Shown here: piece by piece, positions 28,851-44,469 of the stretch | How the letters are laid out: each line of letters opens with the position of its first letter | Position numbering within the stretch: position 1 is the stretch's first letter | From: Auanema rhodensis | Lineage: Eukaryota; Animalia; Nematoda | Reading direction: 5' to 3' | Assembly: GCA_964057225.1 (NCBI GenBank) | Contig: OZ059896.1 | Coordinates: 13,020,001 to 13,084,000 of the forward strand | DNA: 64,000 bases | Made by a program: the position numbers and the translations under genes | The notes under the pieces: model-generated | Told to the model about the DNA's origin: nothing | Databases searched by the model: none | Seen by the model: only the letters and a program-made list of their open reading frames with translations

Positions 28851-31800
28851 TTAGCATAAATTAAAGTTCACGTTAATTTCAAAGTCATGGTTACCATGCA
28901 CCAATATCGATAAAAATTTGTTCTTAGATTAATATGGACATGGGTAATCTAATTTTGAAAACCACATTTCTTTATCTTTCACGGGAAGCGAGTCACATAC
29001 CATGTGCACATCACGTGTACAATTAATTAGCATAAATTAAAGTTCACGTTAATTTCAAAGTCATGGTTACCATGCACCAATATCGATAAAAATTTGTTCT
29101 TAGATTAATATGGACATGGGTAATCTAATTTTGAAAACCGCATTTCTTTATCTTTCACGGGAAGCGAGTTACATACCATGTGCACATCACGTGTACAATT
29201 AATTAGCATAAATTAAAGTTCACGTAAAGTTCAAAGTCATGGTTACCATGCACCAATATCAATAAAAATTTGTTCTTAGATTAATATGGACATGGGTAAT
29301 CTAATTTTGATAACCGCATCTCTTTATCTTTCACGGGAAGCGAGTCACATACCATGTGCACATCACGTGTACAATTATTTAGCATAAATTAAAGTTCACG
29401 TAAAGTTCAAAGTCATGGTTACCATGCACCAATATCAATAAAAATTTGTTCTTAGATTAATATGGACATGGGTAATCTAATTTTGAAAACCGCATTTCTT
29501 TGTCTTTCACGGGAAGCGAGTCACATACCATGTGCACATCACGTGTACAATTAATTAGCATAAATTAAAGTTCACGTTAATTTCAAAGTCATGGTTACCA
29601 TGCACCAATATCAATAAAAATTTGTTCTTAGATTAATATGGACATGGGTAATCTAATTTTGAAAACCGCATTTCTTTGTCTTTCACGGGAAGCGAGTCAC
29701 ATACCATGTGCACATCACGTGTACAATTAATTAGCATAAATTAAAGTTCACGTAAAGTTCAAAGTCATGGTTACCATGCACCAATATCAATAAAAATTTG
29801 TTCTTAGATTAATATGGACATGGGTAATCTAATTTTGAAAACCGCATTTCTTTGTCTTTCACGGGAAGCGAGTCACATACCATGTGCACATCACGTGTAC
29901 AATTAATTAGCATAAATTAAAGTTCACGTAAATTTCAAAGTCATGGTTACCATGCACCAATATCAATAAAACTTTGTTCTCAGACTAATATGGACATGGG
30001 TAATCTAATTTTGAAAACCGCATATCTTTATCTTTCACGGGAAGCGAGTTACATACCATGTGCACATCACGTGTACAATTAATTAGCATAAATTAAAGTT
30101 CACGTAAAGTTCAAAGTCATGGTTGTCATGCACCAATATCAATAAAACTTTGTTCTCAGACTAATATGGACATGGGTAATCTAATTTTGAGAACTGCATC
30201 TATTTATCTTTCACGGGAAGCGAGTTATATATCATGTGTACATCACGTGTACAATTAATTAGCTTAATTAAAGTTCACGTAAAGTTCAAAGTCTTGGTTA
30301 CCATGCACCAATATCAATAAAAATTTGTACTTAGACTAATATGAACATGGGGAATCTAATTTCGAAAACCGCATCTCTTTATCTTTAACGGGAAGCGAGT
30401 TATATATCATGTGCACATCACGTGTACAATTAATTCGCATAAATTAAAGTTCACGTAAATTTCAAAGTCATGGTTACCATGTATCAATAAAAATTTGTTA
30501 TTAGACTAATATAGACATGAGGAATCTAATTTTGTAAATCGCATCTCTTTATCTTTCACGTGAAGCGAGTTACATACCATGTGCACATCACGTGTACATT
30601 TAATTAGCATAAATTAAAGTTCACGTAAATTTCAAAGTCATGGTTACCATGCACCAATATGAATACAAATTTGTTCTTAGACTAATATGGACATGGGTAA
30701 TCTAATTTTGAAAACCGCATTTCTTTGTCTTTCACGGGAAGCGAGTCACATACCATGTGCACATCACGTGTACAATTAATTAGCATAAATTAAAGTTCAC
30801 GTAAAGTTCAAAGTCATGGTTACCATGCACCAATATCAATAAAAATTTGTTCTTAGACTAATATGGACATGGGTAATCTAATTTTGAAAACCGCATTTCT
30901 TTATCTTTCACGGGAAGCGAGTTACATACCATGTGCACATCACGTGTACAATTAATTAGCATAAATTAAAGTTCACGTTAATTTCAAAGTCATGGTTACC
31001 ATGCACCAATATCGATAAAAATTTGTTCTTAGATTAATATGGACATGGGTAATCTAATTTTGAAAACCACATTTCTTTATCTTTCACGGGAAGCGAGTCA
31101 CATACCATGTGCACATCACGTGTACAATTAATTAGCATAAATTAAAGTTCACGTTAATTTCAAAGTCATGGTTACCATGCACCAATATCGATAAAAATTT
31201 GTTCTTAGATTAATATGGACATGGGTAATCTAATTTTGAAAACCGCATTTCTTTATCTTTCACGGGAAGCGAGTTACATACCATGTGCACATCACGTGTA
31301 CAATTAATTAGCATAAATTAAAGTTCACGTAAAGTTCAAAGTCATGGTTACCATGTATCAATAAAAATTTGTTATTAGACTAATATAGACATGAGGAATC
31401 TAATTTTGAAAATCGCATCTCTTTATCTTTAACGGGAAGCGAGTTACATACCATGTGCACATCACGTGTACAATTAATTAGCATAAATTAAAGTTCACGT
31501 TAATTTCAAAGTCATGGTTACCATGCACCAATATCAATAAAATTTTGTTCTTAGACTAATATGGACATGGGTAATCTAATTTTGAAAACCGCATTTCTTT
31601 ATCTTTCACGGGAAGCGAGTTACATACCATGTGCACATCACGTGTACAATTAATTAGCATAAATTAAAGTTCACGTAAATTTCAAAGTCATGGTTACCAT
31701 GCACCAATATCAATAAAACTTTGTTCTCAGACTAATATGGACATGGGTAATCTAATTTTGAAAACCGCATATCTTTATCTTTCACGGGAAGCGAGTTACA

Positions 31801-34800
31801 TACCATGTGCACATCACGTGTACAATTAATTAGCATAAATTAAAGTTCACGTAAATTTCAAAGTCATGGTTACCATGCACCAATATCAATAAAACTTTGT
31901 TCTCAGACTAATATGGACATGGGTAATCTAATTTTGAGAACTGCATCTATTTATCTTTCACGGGAAGCGAGTTATATATCATGTGCACATCACGTGTACA
32001 ATTAATTAGCTTAATTAAAGTTCACGTAAAGTTCAAAGTCTTGGTTACCATGCACCAATATCAATAAAAATTTGTACTTAGACTAATATGGACATGGGGA
32101 ATCTAATTTTGAAAACCGCATCTCTTTATCGTTCACGTGAAGCGAGTTACATACCAAGTGCACATCACGTGTACATTTAATTAGCTTAATTAAAGTTCAC
32201 GTAAAGTTCAAAGTCTTGGTTACCATGCACCAATATCAATAAAAATTTGTACTTAGACTAATATGGACATGGGGAATCTAAGTTTGAAAACCGCATCTCT
32301 TTATCTTTAACGGGAAGCGAGTTATATATCATGTGCACATCACGTGTACAATTAATTCGCATAAATTAAAGTTCACGTAAATTTCAAAGTCATGGTTACC
32401 ATGCACCAATATGAATACAAATTTGTTATTAGACTAATATGGACATGAGGAATCTAATTGTGAAAACCGCATCTCTTTTATCTTTAACGGGAAGCGAGTT
32501 ACATACCATGTGCACATCACGTGTACAATTAATTAGCATAAATTAAAGTTCACGTAAAGTTCAAAGTCATGGTTACCATGCACCAATATCAATAAAAATT
32601 TGTTCTTAGACTAATATGGACATGGGTAATCTATTTTTGAAAACCGCATCTCTTTATCTTTAACGGGAAGCGAGTCACATACCATGTGCACATCACGTGT
32701 ACAATTAATTAGCATAAATTAAAGTTCACGTAAAGTTCAAAGTCATGGTTACCATGCACCAATATCAATAAAAATTTGTTCTTAGACTAATATGGACATG
32801 GGTAATCTAATTTTGAAAACCGCATTTCTTTATCTTTCACGGGAAGCGAGTTACATACCATGTGCACATCACGTGTACAATTAATTAGCATAAATTAAAG
32901 TTCACGTTAATTTCAAAGTCATGGTTACCATGCACCAATATCGATAAAAATTTGTTCTTAGATTAATATGGACATGGGTAATCTAATTTTGAAAACCACA
33001 TTTCTTTATCTTTCACGGGAAGCGAGTCACATACCATGTGCACATCACGTGTACAATTAATTAGCATAAATTAAAGTTCACGTTAATTTCAAAGTCATGG
33101 TTACCATGCACCAATATCGATAAAAATTTGTTCTTAGATTAATATGGACATGGGTAATCTAATTTTGAAAACCGCATTTCTTTATCTTTCACGGGAAGCG
33201 AGTTACATACCATGTGCACATCACGTGTACAATTAATTAGCATAAATTAAAGTTCACGTTAATTTCAAAGTCATGGTTACCATGCACCAATATCGATAAA
33301 AATTTGTTCTTAGATTAATATAGACATGGGTAATCTGATTTTGAAAACCGCATTTCTTTATCTTTCACGGGAAGCGAGTTACATACCATGTGCACATCAC
33401 GTGTACAATTAATTAGCATAAATTAAAGTTCACGTAAAGTTCAAAGTCATGGTTACCATGTATCAATGAAATTTGTTATTAGACTAATATAGACATGAGG
33501 AATCTAATTTTGAAAATCGCATCTCTTTATCTTTAACGGGAAGCGAGTTACATACCATGTGCACATCACGTGTACAATTAATTAGCATAAATTAAAGTTC
33601 ACGTTAATTTCAAAGTCATGGTTACCATGCACCAATATCAATAAAATTTTGTTCTTAGACTAATATGGACATGGGTAATCTAATTTTGAAAACCGTATTT
33701 CTTTATCTTTCACGGGAAGCGAGTTACATACCATGTGCACATCACGTGTACAATTAATTAGCATAAATTAAAGTTCACGTAAATTTCAAAGTCATGGTTA
33801 CCATGCACCAATATCAATAAAACTTTGTTCTCAGACTAATATGGACATGGGTAATCTAATTTTGAGAACTGCATCTATTTATCTTTCACGTGAAGCGAGT
33901 TACATACCAAGTGCACATCACGTGTACATTTAATTAGCTTAATTAAAGTTCACGTAAAGTTCAAAGTCTTGGTTACCATGCACCAATATCAATAAAAATT
34001 TGTTCTTAGACTAATATGGACATGGGGAATCTAATTTTGAAAACCGCATCTCTTTATCTTTCACGTGAAGCGAGTTACATACCAAGTGCACATCACGTGT
34101 ACATTTAATTAGATTAATTAAAGTTCACGTAAAGTTCAAAGTCTTGGTTACCATGCACCAATATGAATAAAAATTTGTTATTAGACTAAAATGGACATGA
34201 GGAATCTAATTGTGAGAACCGCATCTCTTTTATCTTTAACGGGAAGCGAGTTACATACCATGTGCACATCACGTGTACAATTAATTAGCTGAATTAAAGT
34301 TCACGTAAAGTTCAAAGTCTTGGTTACCATGCACCAATATGAATAAAAATTTGTTATTAGACTAAAATGGACATGAGGAATCTAATTGTGAGAACCGCAT
34401 CTGTTTTATCTTTAACGGGAAGCGAGTTACATACCATGTGCACATCACGTGTACAATTAATTAGCATAAATTAAAGTTCACGTAAAGTTCAAAGTCATGG
34501 TTACCATGCACCAATATCAATAAAAATTCGTTCTTAGACTAATATGGACATGGGTAATCTATTTTTGAAAACCGCATCTCTTTATCTTTAACGGGAAGCG
34601 AGTTACATACCATGTGCACATCACGTGTACAATTAATTCGCATAAATTAAAGTTCACGTAAATTTCAAAGTCATGGTTACCATGCACCAATATGAATAAA
34701 AATTTGTTATTAGACTAAAATGGACATGAGGAATCTAATTTTGAGAACCGCATTTCTATATCTTTCCCGGGAAGCGAGTTACATACCATGTGCACATTAC

Positions 34801-37800
34801 GTGTACATTTAATTAGCATAAATTAAAGTTCACGTAAATTTCAAAGTCATAGTTACCATGAACCAATATCGATTAAAATGTGTTCTCAGACTAATATGGA
34901 CATGGGTAATCTAATTTTGAGAACCGCATCTCTTTATCTTTAACGGGAAGCGAGTTATATATCATGTGCACATCACGTGTACAATTAATTCGCATAAATT
35001 AAAGTTCACGTAAATTTCAAAGTCATGGTTACCATGCACTAATATGAATAAAAATTTGTTATTAGACTAAAATGGACATGAGTAATCTAATTTTGAGAAC
35101 CGCATCTCTTTATCTTTCACGTGAAGCGAGTTACATACCAAGTGCACATCACGTGTACATTTAATTAGCATAAATTAAAGTTCACGTAAAGTTCAAAGTC
35201 TTGGTTACCATGCACCAATATCAATAAAAATTTGTTCTTAGACTAATATGGACATGGGTAATCTAATTTTGAGAACTGCATCTATTTATCTTTCACGGGA
35301 AGCGAGTTACATACCATGTGCACATCACGTGTACAATTAATTAGCATATATTAAAGTTCACGTAAATTTCAAAGTCATGGTTACCATGCACCAATGTGAA
35401 TACAAATTTGTTATTAGACTAAAATGGACATGAGGAATCTAATTTTGAGAACCGCATCTCTTTATCTTTCACGTAAAGCGAGTTACATACCAAGTGCACA
35501 TCACGTGTACAATTAATTAGCATAAATTAAAGTTCACGTAAATTTCAAAGTCATGGTTACCATGCACCAATGTGAATACAAATTTCTTATTAGACTAAAA
35601 TGGACATGAGGAATCTAATTTTGAGAACCGCATTTCTTTATCTTTCACGGGAAGCGAGTTACATACCATGTGCACATTACGTGTACATTCAATTAGCATA
35701 AATTAAAGTTCACGCAAATTTCAAAGTCATGGTTACCATGCACCAATATCAATAAAAATTTCTTATTAGACTAAAATGGACATGAGGAATCTAATTTTGA
35801 GAACCGCATTTCTTAATCTTTCACGTGAAGCGAGTTACATACCAAGTGCACATCACGTGTACATTTAATTAGCATAAATTAAAGTTCACGTAAAGTTCAA
35901 AGTCTTGGTTACCATGCACCAATATCAATAAAAATTTGTTCTCAGACTAATATGGACATGGGTAATCTAATTTTGAGAACCGGTTCTCTTTATCTTTAAC
36001 GGGAAGCGAGTTATATATCATGTGCACATCACGTGTACAATTAATTCGCATAAATTAAAGTTCACGTAAATTTCAAAGTCATGGTTACCATGCACCAATA
36101 TCAATAAAAATTTGTTCTCAGACTAAAATGGACATGAGGAATCTAATTTTGAGAACCGCATCTCCTTATCTTTCACGTGAAGCGAGTTACATACCATGTG
36201 CACATCACGTGTACAATTAATTAGCATAAATTAAAGTTCACGTAAATTTCAAAGTCATGGTTACCATGCACCAATATCAATAAAACTTTGTTCTCAGACT
36301 AATATGGACATGGGTAATCTAATTTTGAGAACTGCATCTATTTATCTTTCACGGGAAGCGAGTTATATATCATGTGCACATCACGTGTACAATTAATTAG
36401 CTTAATTAAAGTTCACGTAAAGTTCAAAGTCTTGGTTACCATGCACCAATATCAATAAAAATTTGTACTTAGACTAATATGGACATGGGGAATCTAATTT
36501 TGAAAACCGCATCTCTTTATCTTTCACGTGAAGCGAGTTACATACCAAGTGCACATCACGTGTACATTTAATTAGCTTAATTAAAGTTCACGTAAAGTTC
36601 AAAGTCTTGGTTACCATGCACCAATATCAATAAAAATTTGTTCTTAGACTAATATGGACATGGGTAATCTAATTTTGAGAACTGCATCTATTTATCTTTC
36701 ACGGGAAGCGAGTTACATACCATGTGCACATCACGTGTACAATTAATTAGCATATATTAAAGTTCACGTAAATTTCAAAGTCATGGTTACCATGCACCAA
36801 TGTGAATACAAATTTGTTATTAGACTAAAATGGACATGAGGAATCTAATTTTGAGAACCGCATCTCTTTATCTTTCACGTAAAGCGAGTTACATACCAAG
36901 TGCACATCACGTGTACAATTAATTAGCATAAATTAAAGTTCACGTAAATTTCAAAGTCATGGTTACCATGCACCAATGTGAATACAAATTTCTTATTAGA
37001 CTAAAATGGACATGAGGAATCTAATTTTGAGAACCGCATTTCTTTATCTTTCACGGGAAGCGAGTTACATACCATGTGCACATTACGTGTACATTCAATT
37101 AGCATAAATTAAAGTTCACGCAAATTTCAAAGTCATGGTTACCATGCACCAATATCAATAAAAATTTCTTATTAGACTAAAATGGACATGAGGAATCTAA
37201 TTTTGAGAACCGCATTTCTTAATCTTTCACGTGAAGCGAGTTACATACCAAGTGCACATCACGTGAACATTTAATTAGCATAAATTAAAGTTCACGTAAA
37301 GTTCAAAGTCTTGGTTACCATGCACCAATATCAATAAAAATTTGTTCTTAGACTAATATGGACATGGGTAATCTAATTTTGAAAACCGCATCTCTTTATC
37401 TTTAACAGGAAGCGAGTTACATACCATGTGCACATCACGTGTACAATTAATTAGCATAAATTAAAGTTCACGTTAATTTCAAAGTCATGGTTACCATGCA
37501 TCAATATCAATAAAAATTTGTTCTCAGACCAATATGGACATGGGTAATCTAATTTTGAAAACCGCATCTCTTTATCTTTAACGAGAAGCGAGTCACATAC
37601 CATGTGCACATCACGTGTACATTCAATTAGCATAAATTAAAGTTCACGCAAATTTCAAAGTCATGGTTACCATGCACCAATATCAATAAAAATTTCTTAT
37701 TAGACTAAAATGGACATGAGGAATCTAATTTTGAGAACCGCATTTCTTCATCTTTCACGGGAAGCGAGTTAAATACCATGTGCACATTACGTGTACAATT

Positions 37801-40800
37801 AATTAGCATAAATTAAAGTTCACGTAAACTTCAAAGTCATGGTTACCATGCACCAATATCAATAAAAATTTGTTCTCAGACTAATATGGACATGGGTAAT
37901 CTAATTTTGAAAACCCCATATCTTTATCTTTCACGGGAAGCGAGTTACATACCATGTGCACATCACGTGTACAATTAATTAGCATAAATTAAAGTTCACG
38001 TAAATTTCAAAGTCATGGTTACCATGCACCAATATCAATAAAACTTTGTTCTCAGACTAATATGGACATGGGTAATCTAATTTTGAGAACTGCATCTATT
38101 TATCTTTCACGGGAAGCGAGTTATATATCATGTGCACATCACGTGTACAATTAATTAGCTTAATTAAAGTTCACGTAAAGTTCAAAGTCTTGGTTACCAT
38201 GCACCAATATCAATAAAAATTTGTACTTAGACTAATATGGACATGGGGAATCTAATTTTGAGAACCGCATTTCTTAATCTTTCACGTGAAGCGAGTTACA
38301 TACCAAGTGCACATCACGTGTACATTTAATTAGCATAAATTAAAGTTCACGTAAAGTTCAAAGTCTTGGTTACCATGCACCAATATCAATAAAAATTTGT
38401 TCTTAGACTAATATGGACATGGGTAATCTAATTTTGAAAACCGCATCTCTTTATCTTTCACGGGAAGCGAGTTATATATCATGTGCACATCACGTGTACA
38501 ATTAATTAGCTTAATTAAAGTTCACGTAAACTTCAAAGTCATGGTTACCATGCACCAATATCAATAAAAATTTGTTCTCAGACTAATATGGACATGGGTA
38601 ATCTAATTTTGAAAACCGCATCTCTTTATCTTTAACGAGAAGCGAGTCACATACCATGTGCACATCACGTGTACATTCAATTAGCATAAATTAAAGTTCA
38701 CGCAAATTTCAAAGTCATGGTTACCATGCACCAATATCAATAAAAATTTCTTATTAGACTAAAATGGACATGAGGAATCTAATTTTGAGAACCGCATATC
38801 TTTATCTTTCACGGGAAGCCAGTTACATACCATGTGCACATCACGTGTACAATTAATTAGCATAAATTAAAGTTCACGTAAATTTCAAAGTCATGGTTAC
38901 CATGCACCAATATCAATAAAACTTTGTTCTCAGACTAATATGGACATGGGTAATCTAATTTTGAGAACTGCATCTATTTATCTTTCACGGGAAGCGAGTT
39001 ATATATCATGTGCACATCACGTGTACAATTAATTAGCTTAATTAAAGTTCACGTAAAGTTCAAAGTCTTGGTTACCATGCACCAATATCAATAACAATTT
39101 GTACTTAGACTAATATGGACATGGGGAATCTAATTTTGAAAACCGCATTTCTTAATCTTTCACGTGAAGCGAGTTACATACCAAGTGCACATCACGTGTA
39201 CATTTAATTAGCTTAATTAAAGTTCACGTAAAGTTCAAAGTCTTGGTTACCATGCACCAATAACAATAAAAATTTGTACTTAGACTAATATGGACATGGG
39301 GAATCTAATTTTGAAAACCGCATCTCTTTATCTTTAACGGGAAGCGAGTTATATATCATGTGCACATCACGTGTACAATTAATTAGCTTAATTAAAGTTC
39401 ACGTAAACTTCAAAGTCATGGTTACCATGCACCAATATCAATAAAAATTTGTTCTCAGACTAATATGGACATGGGTAATCTAATTTTGAAAACCGCATCT
39501 CTTTATCTTTAACGAGAAGCGAGTCACATACCATGTGCACATCACGTGTACATTCAATTAGCATAAATTAAAGTTCACGCAAATTTCAAAGTCATGGTTA
39601 CCATGCACCAATATCAATAAAAATTTCTTATTAGACTAAAATGGACATGAGGAATCTAATTTTGAGAACCGCATATCTTTATCTTTCACGGGAAGCGAGT
39701 TACATACCATGTGCACATCACGTGTACAATTAATTAGCATAAATTAAAGTTCACGTAAATTTCAAAGTCATGGTTACCATGCACCAATATCAATAAAACT
39801 TTGTTCTCAGACTAATATGGACATGGGTAATCTAATTTTGAGAACTGCATCTATTTATCTTTCACGGGAAGCGAGTTATATATCATGTGCACATCACGTG
39901 TACAATTAATTAGCTTAATTAAAGTTCACGTAAAGTTCAAAGTCTTGGTTACCATGCACCAATATCAATAACAATTTGTACTTAGACTAATATGGACATG
40001 GGGAATCTAATTTTGAAAACCGCATCTCTTTATCTTTCACGTGAAGCGAGTTACATACCAAGTGCACATCACGTGTACATTTAATTAGCTTAATTAAAGT
40101 TCACGTAAAGTTCAAAGTCTTGGTTACCATGCACCAATAACAATAAAAATTTGTACTTAGACTAATATGGACATGGGGAATCTAATTTTGAAAACCGCAT
40201 CTCTTTATCTTTAACGGGAAGCGAGTTATATATCATGTGCACATCACGTGTACAATTAATTCGCATAAATTAAAGTTCACGTAAATTTCAAAGTCATGGT
40301 TACCATGCACCAATATGAATACAAATTTGTTATTAGACTAATATGGACATGAGGAATCTAATTGTGAGAACCGCATCTCTTTTATCTTTAACGGGAAGCG
40401 AGTTACATACCATGTGCACATCACGTGTACAATTAATTAGCATAAATTAAAGTTCACGTAAAGTTCAAAGTCATGGTTACCATGCACCAATATCAATAAA
40501 AATTCGTTCTTAGACTAATATGGACATGGGTAATCTATTTTTGAAAACCGCATCTCTTTATCTTTAACGGGAAGCGAGTTACATACCATGTGCACATCAC
40601 GTGTACAATTAATTCGCATAAATTAAAGTTCACGTAATTTTCAAAGTCATGGTTACCATGCACCAATATGAATAAAAATTTGTTATTAGACTAAAATGGA
40701 CATGAGGAATCTAATTTTGAGAACCGCATTTCTATATCTTTCACGGGAAGCGAGTTACATACCATGTGCACATTACGTGTACATTTAATTAGCATAAATT

Positions 40801-40899
40801 AAAGTTCACGTAAATTTCAAAGTCATAGTTACCATGAACCAATATCGATTAAAATGTGTTCTCAGACTAATATGGACATGGGTAATCTAATTTTGAGAA

Positions 40900-43800
40900 C
40901 CGCATCTCTTTATCTTTAACGGGAAGCGAGTTATATATCATGTGCACATCACGTGTACAATTAATTCGCATAAATTAAAGTTCACGTAAATTTCAAAGTC
41001 ATGGTTACCATGCACTAATATGAATAAAAATTTGTTATTAGACTAAAATGGACATGAGGAATCTAATTTTGAGAACCGCATCTCTTTATCTTTCACGTGA
41101 AGCGAGTTACATACCAAGTGCACATCACGTGTACATTTAATTAGCATAAATTAAAGTTCACGTAAAGTTCAAAGTCTTGGTTACCATGCACCAATATCAA
41201 TAAAAATTTGTTCTTAGACTAATATGGACATGGGTAATCTAATTTTGAGAACTGCATCTATTTATCTTTCACTTGAAGCGAGTTACATACCATGTGCACA
41301 TCACGTGTACAATTAATTAGCATATATTAAAGTTCACGTAAATTTCAAAGTCATGGTTACAATGCACCAATGTGAATACAAATTTGTTATTAGACTAAAA
41401 TGGACATGAGGAATCTAATTTTGAGAACCGCATCTCTTTATCTTTCACGTAAAGCGAGTTACATACCATGTGCACATCACGTGTACAATTAATTAGCATA
41501 AATTAAAGTTCACGTAAATTTCAAAGTCATGGTTACCATGCACCAATGTGAATACAAATTTCATATTAGACTAAAATGGACATGAGGAATCTAATTTTGA
41601 GAACCGCATTTCTTTATCTTTCACGGGAAGCGAGTTACATACCATGTGCACATTACGTGTACATTCAATTAGCATAAATTAAAGTTCACGCAAATTTCAA
41701 AGTCATGGTTACCATGCACCAATATCAATAAAAATTTCTTATTAGACTAAAATGGACATGAGGAATCTAATTTTGAGAACCGCATTTCTTAATCTTTCAC
41801 GTGAAGCGAGTTACATACCAAGTGCACATCACGTGTACATTTAATTAGCATAAATTAAAGTTCACGTAAAGTTCAAAGTCTTGGTTACCATGCACCAATA
41901 TCAATGAAAATTTGTTCTTAGACTAATATGGACATGGGTAATCTAATTTTGAAAACCGCATCTCTTTATCTTTAACAGGTAGCGAGTTACATACCATGTG
42001 CACATCACGTGTACAATTAGTTAGCATAAATTAAAGTTCACGTTAATTTCAAAGTCATGGTTACCATGCACCAATATCAATAAAAATTTGTTCTCAGACC
42101 AATATGGACATGGGTAATCTAATTTTGAAAACCGCATCTCTTTATCTTTAACGAGAAGCGAGTCACATACCATGTGCACATCACGTGTACATTCAATTAG
42201 CATAAATTAAAGTTCACGCAAATTTCAAAGTCATGGTTACCATGCACCAATATCAATAAAAATTTCTTATTAGACTAAAATGGACATGAGGAATCTAATT
42301 TTGAGAACCGCATTTCTTTATCTTTCACGGGAAGCGAGTTACATACCATGTGCACATTACGTGTACAATTAATTAGCATAAATTAAAGTTCACGTAAACT
42401 TCAAAGTCATGGTTACCATGCACCAATATCAATAAAAATTTGTTCTTAGACTAATATGGACATGAGTAATCTAATTTTGAAAACCGCATTTCTTTATCTT
42501 TAACGGGAAGCGAGTTATATATCATGTGCACATCACGTGTACAATTAATTCGCATAAATTAAAGTTCACGTAAATTTCAAAGTCATGGTTACCATGCACT
42601 AATATGAATAAAAATTTGTTATTAGACTAAAATGGACATGAGGAATCTAATTTTGAGAACCGCATCTCTTTATCTTTCACGTGAAGCGAGTTACATACCA
42701 AGTGCACATCACGTGTACATTCAATTAGCATAAATTAAAGTTCACGTAAAGTTCAAAGTCTTGGTTACCATGCACCAATATCAATAAAAATTTGTTCTTA
42801 GACTAATATGGACATGGGTAATCTAATTTTGAGAACTGCATCTATTTATCTTTCACTTGAAGCGAGTTACATACCATGTGCACATCACGTGTACAATTAA
42901 TTAGCATATATTAAAGTTCACGTAAATTTCAAAGTCATGGTTACCATGCACCAATGTGAATACAAATTTGTTATTAGACTAAAATGGACATGAGGAATCT
43001 AATTTTGAGAACCGCATCTCTTTATCTTTCACGTAAAGCGAGTTACATACCATGTGCACATCACGTGTACAATTAATTAGCATAAATTAAAGTTCACGTA
43101 AATTTCAAAGTCATGGTTACCATGCACCAATGTGAATACAAATTTCATATTAGACTAAAATGGACATGAGGAATCTAATTTTGAGAACCGCATTTCTTTA
43201 TCTTTCACGGGAAGCGAGTTACATACCATGTGCACATTACGTGTACATTCAATTAGCATAAATTAAAGTTCACGCAAATTTCAAAGTCATGGTTACCATG
43301 CACCAATATCAATAAAAATTTCTTATTAGACTAAAATGGACATGAGGAATCTAATTTTGAGAACCGCATTTCTTAATCTTTCACGTGAAGCGAGTTACAT
43401 ACCAAGTGCACATCACGTGTACATTTAATTAGCATAAATTAAAGTTCACGTAAAGTTCAAAGTCTTGGTTACCATGCACCAATATCAATGAAAATTTGTT
43501 CTTAGACTAATATGGACATGGGTAATCTAATTTTGAAAACCGTATCTCTTTATCTTTAACAGGTAGCGAGTTACATACCATGTGCACATCACGTGTACAA
43601 TTAGTTAGCATAAATTAAAGTTCACGTTAATTTCAAAGTCATGGTTACCATGCACCAATATCAATAAAAATTTGTTCTCAGACCAATATGGACATGGGTA
43701 ATCTAATTTTGAAAACCGCATCTCTTTATCTTTAACGAGAAGCGAGTCACATACCATGTGCACATCACGTGTACATTCAATTAGCATAAATTAAAGTTCA

Positions 43801-44070
43801 CGCAAATTTCAAAGTCATGGTTACCATGCACCAATATCAATAAAAATTTCTTATTAGACTAAAATGGACATGAGGAATCTAATTTTGAGAACCGCATTTC
43901 TTTATCTTTCACGGGAAGCGAGTTACATACCATGTGCACATTACGTGTACAATTAATTAGCATAAATTAAAGTTCACGTAAACTTCAAAGTCATGGTTAC
44001 CATGCACCAATATCAATAAAAATTTGTTCTTAGACTAATATGGACATGAGTAATCTAATTTTGAAAACCG
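40900..44070 (+). repeat. Tandem duplication of a 9-monomer block (1584 bp); boundaries approximate
   Basis: Rare variants (ACAGGTAGCG, ACTTGAAGCG, CAATTAGTTAG, GACCAATATG) repeat at an offset of 1584 = 9x176. The identical spurious ORFs at 42021 and 43605 are 1584 bp apart. Confidence 0.9.
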
Positions 44071-44298
44071 CATTTCTTTATCTTTCACGGGAAGCGAGTT
44101 ACATACCATGTGCACATCACGTGTACAATTAATTAGCATAAATTAAAATTCACGTTAATTTCAAAGTCATGGTTACCATGCACCAATATCGATAAAAATT
44201 TGTACTTAGACTAATATGGACATGTTTAATCTAATTTTGAGAACCGCATTTCTTTATTTTTCACGGGAAGCAAGTTACATACCATGTGCACATCACGT

Positions 44299-44469
44299 TT
44301 TATATCATTGTAAAAGGAAATATGCTGAACCTGTTTCTTGTACATATATTTAGTCAATTATTACAAGTATGTTTGTATTGTAAGGTTCTTTTGAATATCT
44401 GCAATTTTCCCTATTTATTAACCTTGTTTTCCGATTATAACCTGTGATTCGAACAATAAACCCGTTCAA
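44299..44469 (+). mobile_element. 5'-truncated CR1-type LINE 3'-end stub (subfamily B), 171 bp, ACGT target-site duplication
   Basis: Non-satellite sequence flanked by ACGT at 44295-44298 and 44470-44473. It shares TATTGTAAGG and TTATAACCTGTGAT..GAACAATAAACC with the 3' end of the full-length LINE, and TATGCTGAAC with 230-239. Confidence 0.88.

Noticed and set aside
37451-43787. Three 60-aa ORFs (MLIECTRDV...) on the minus strand
   Set aside because: They are single satellite monomers in which point variants remove stop codons. They repeat only because the array was duplicated.
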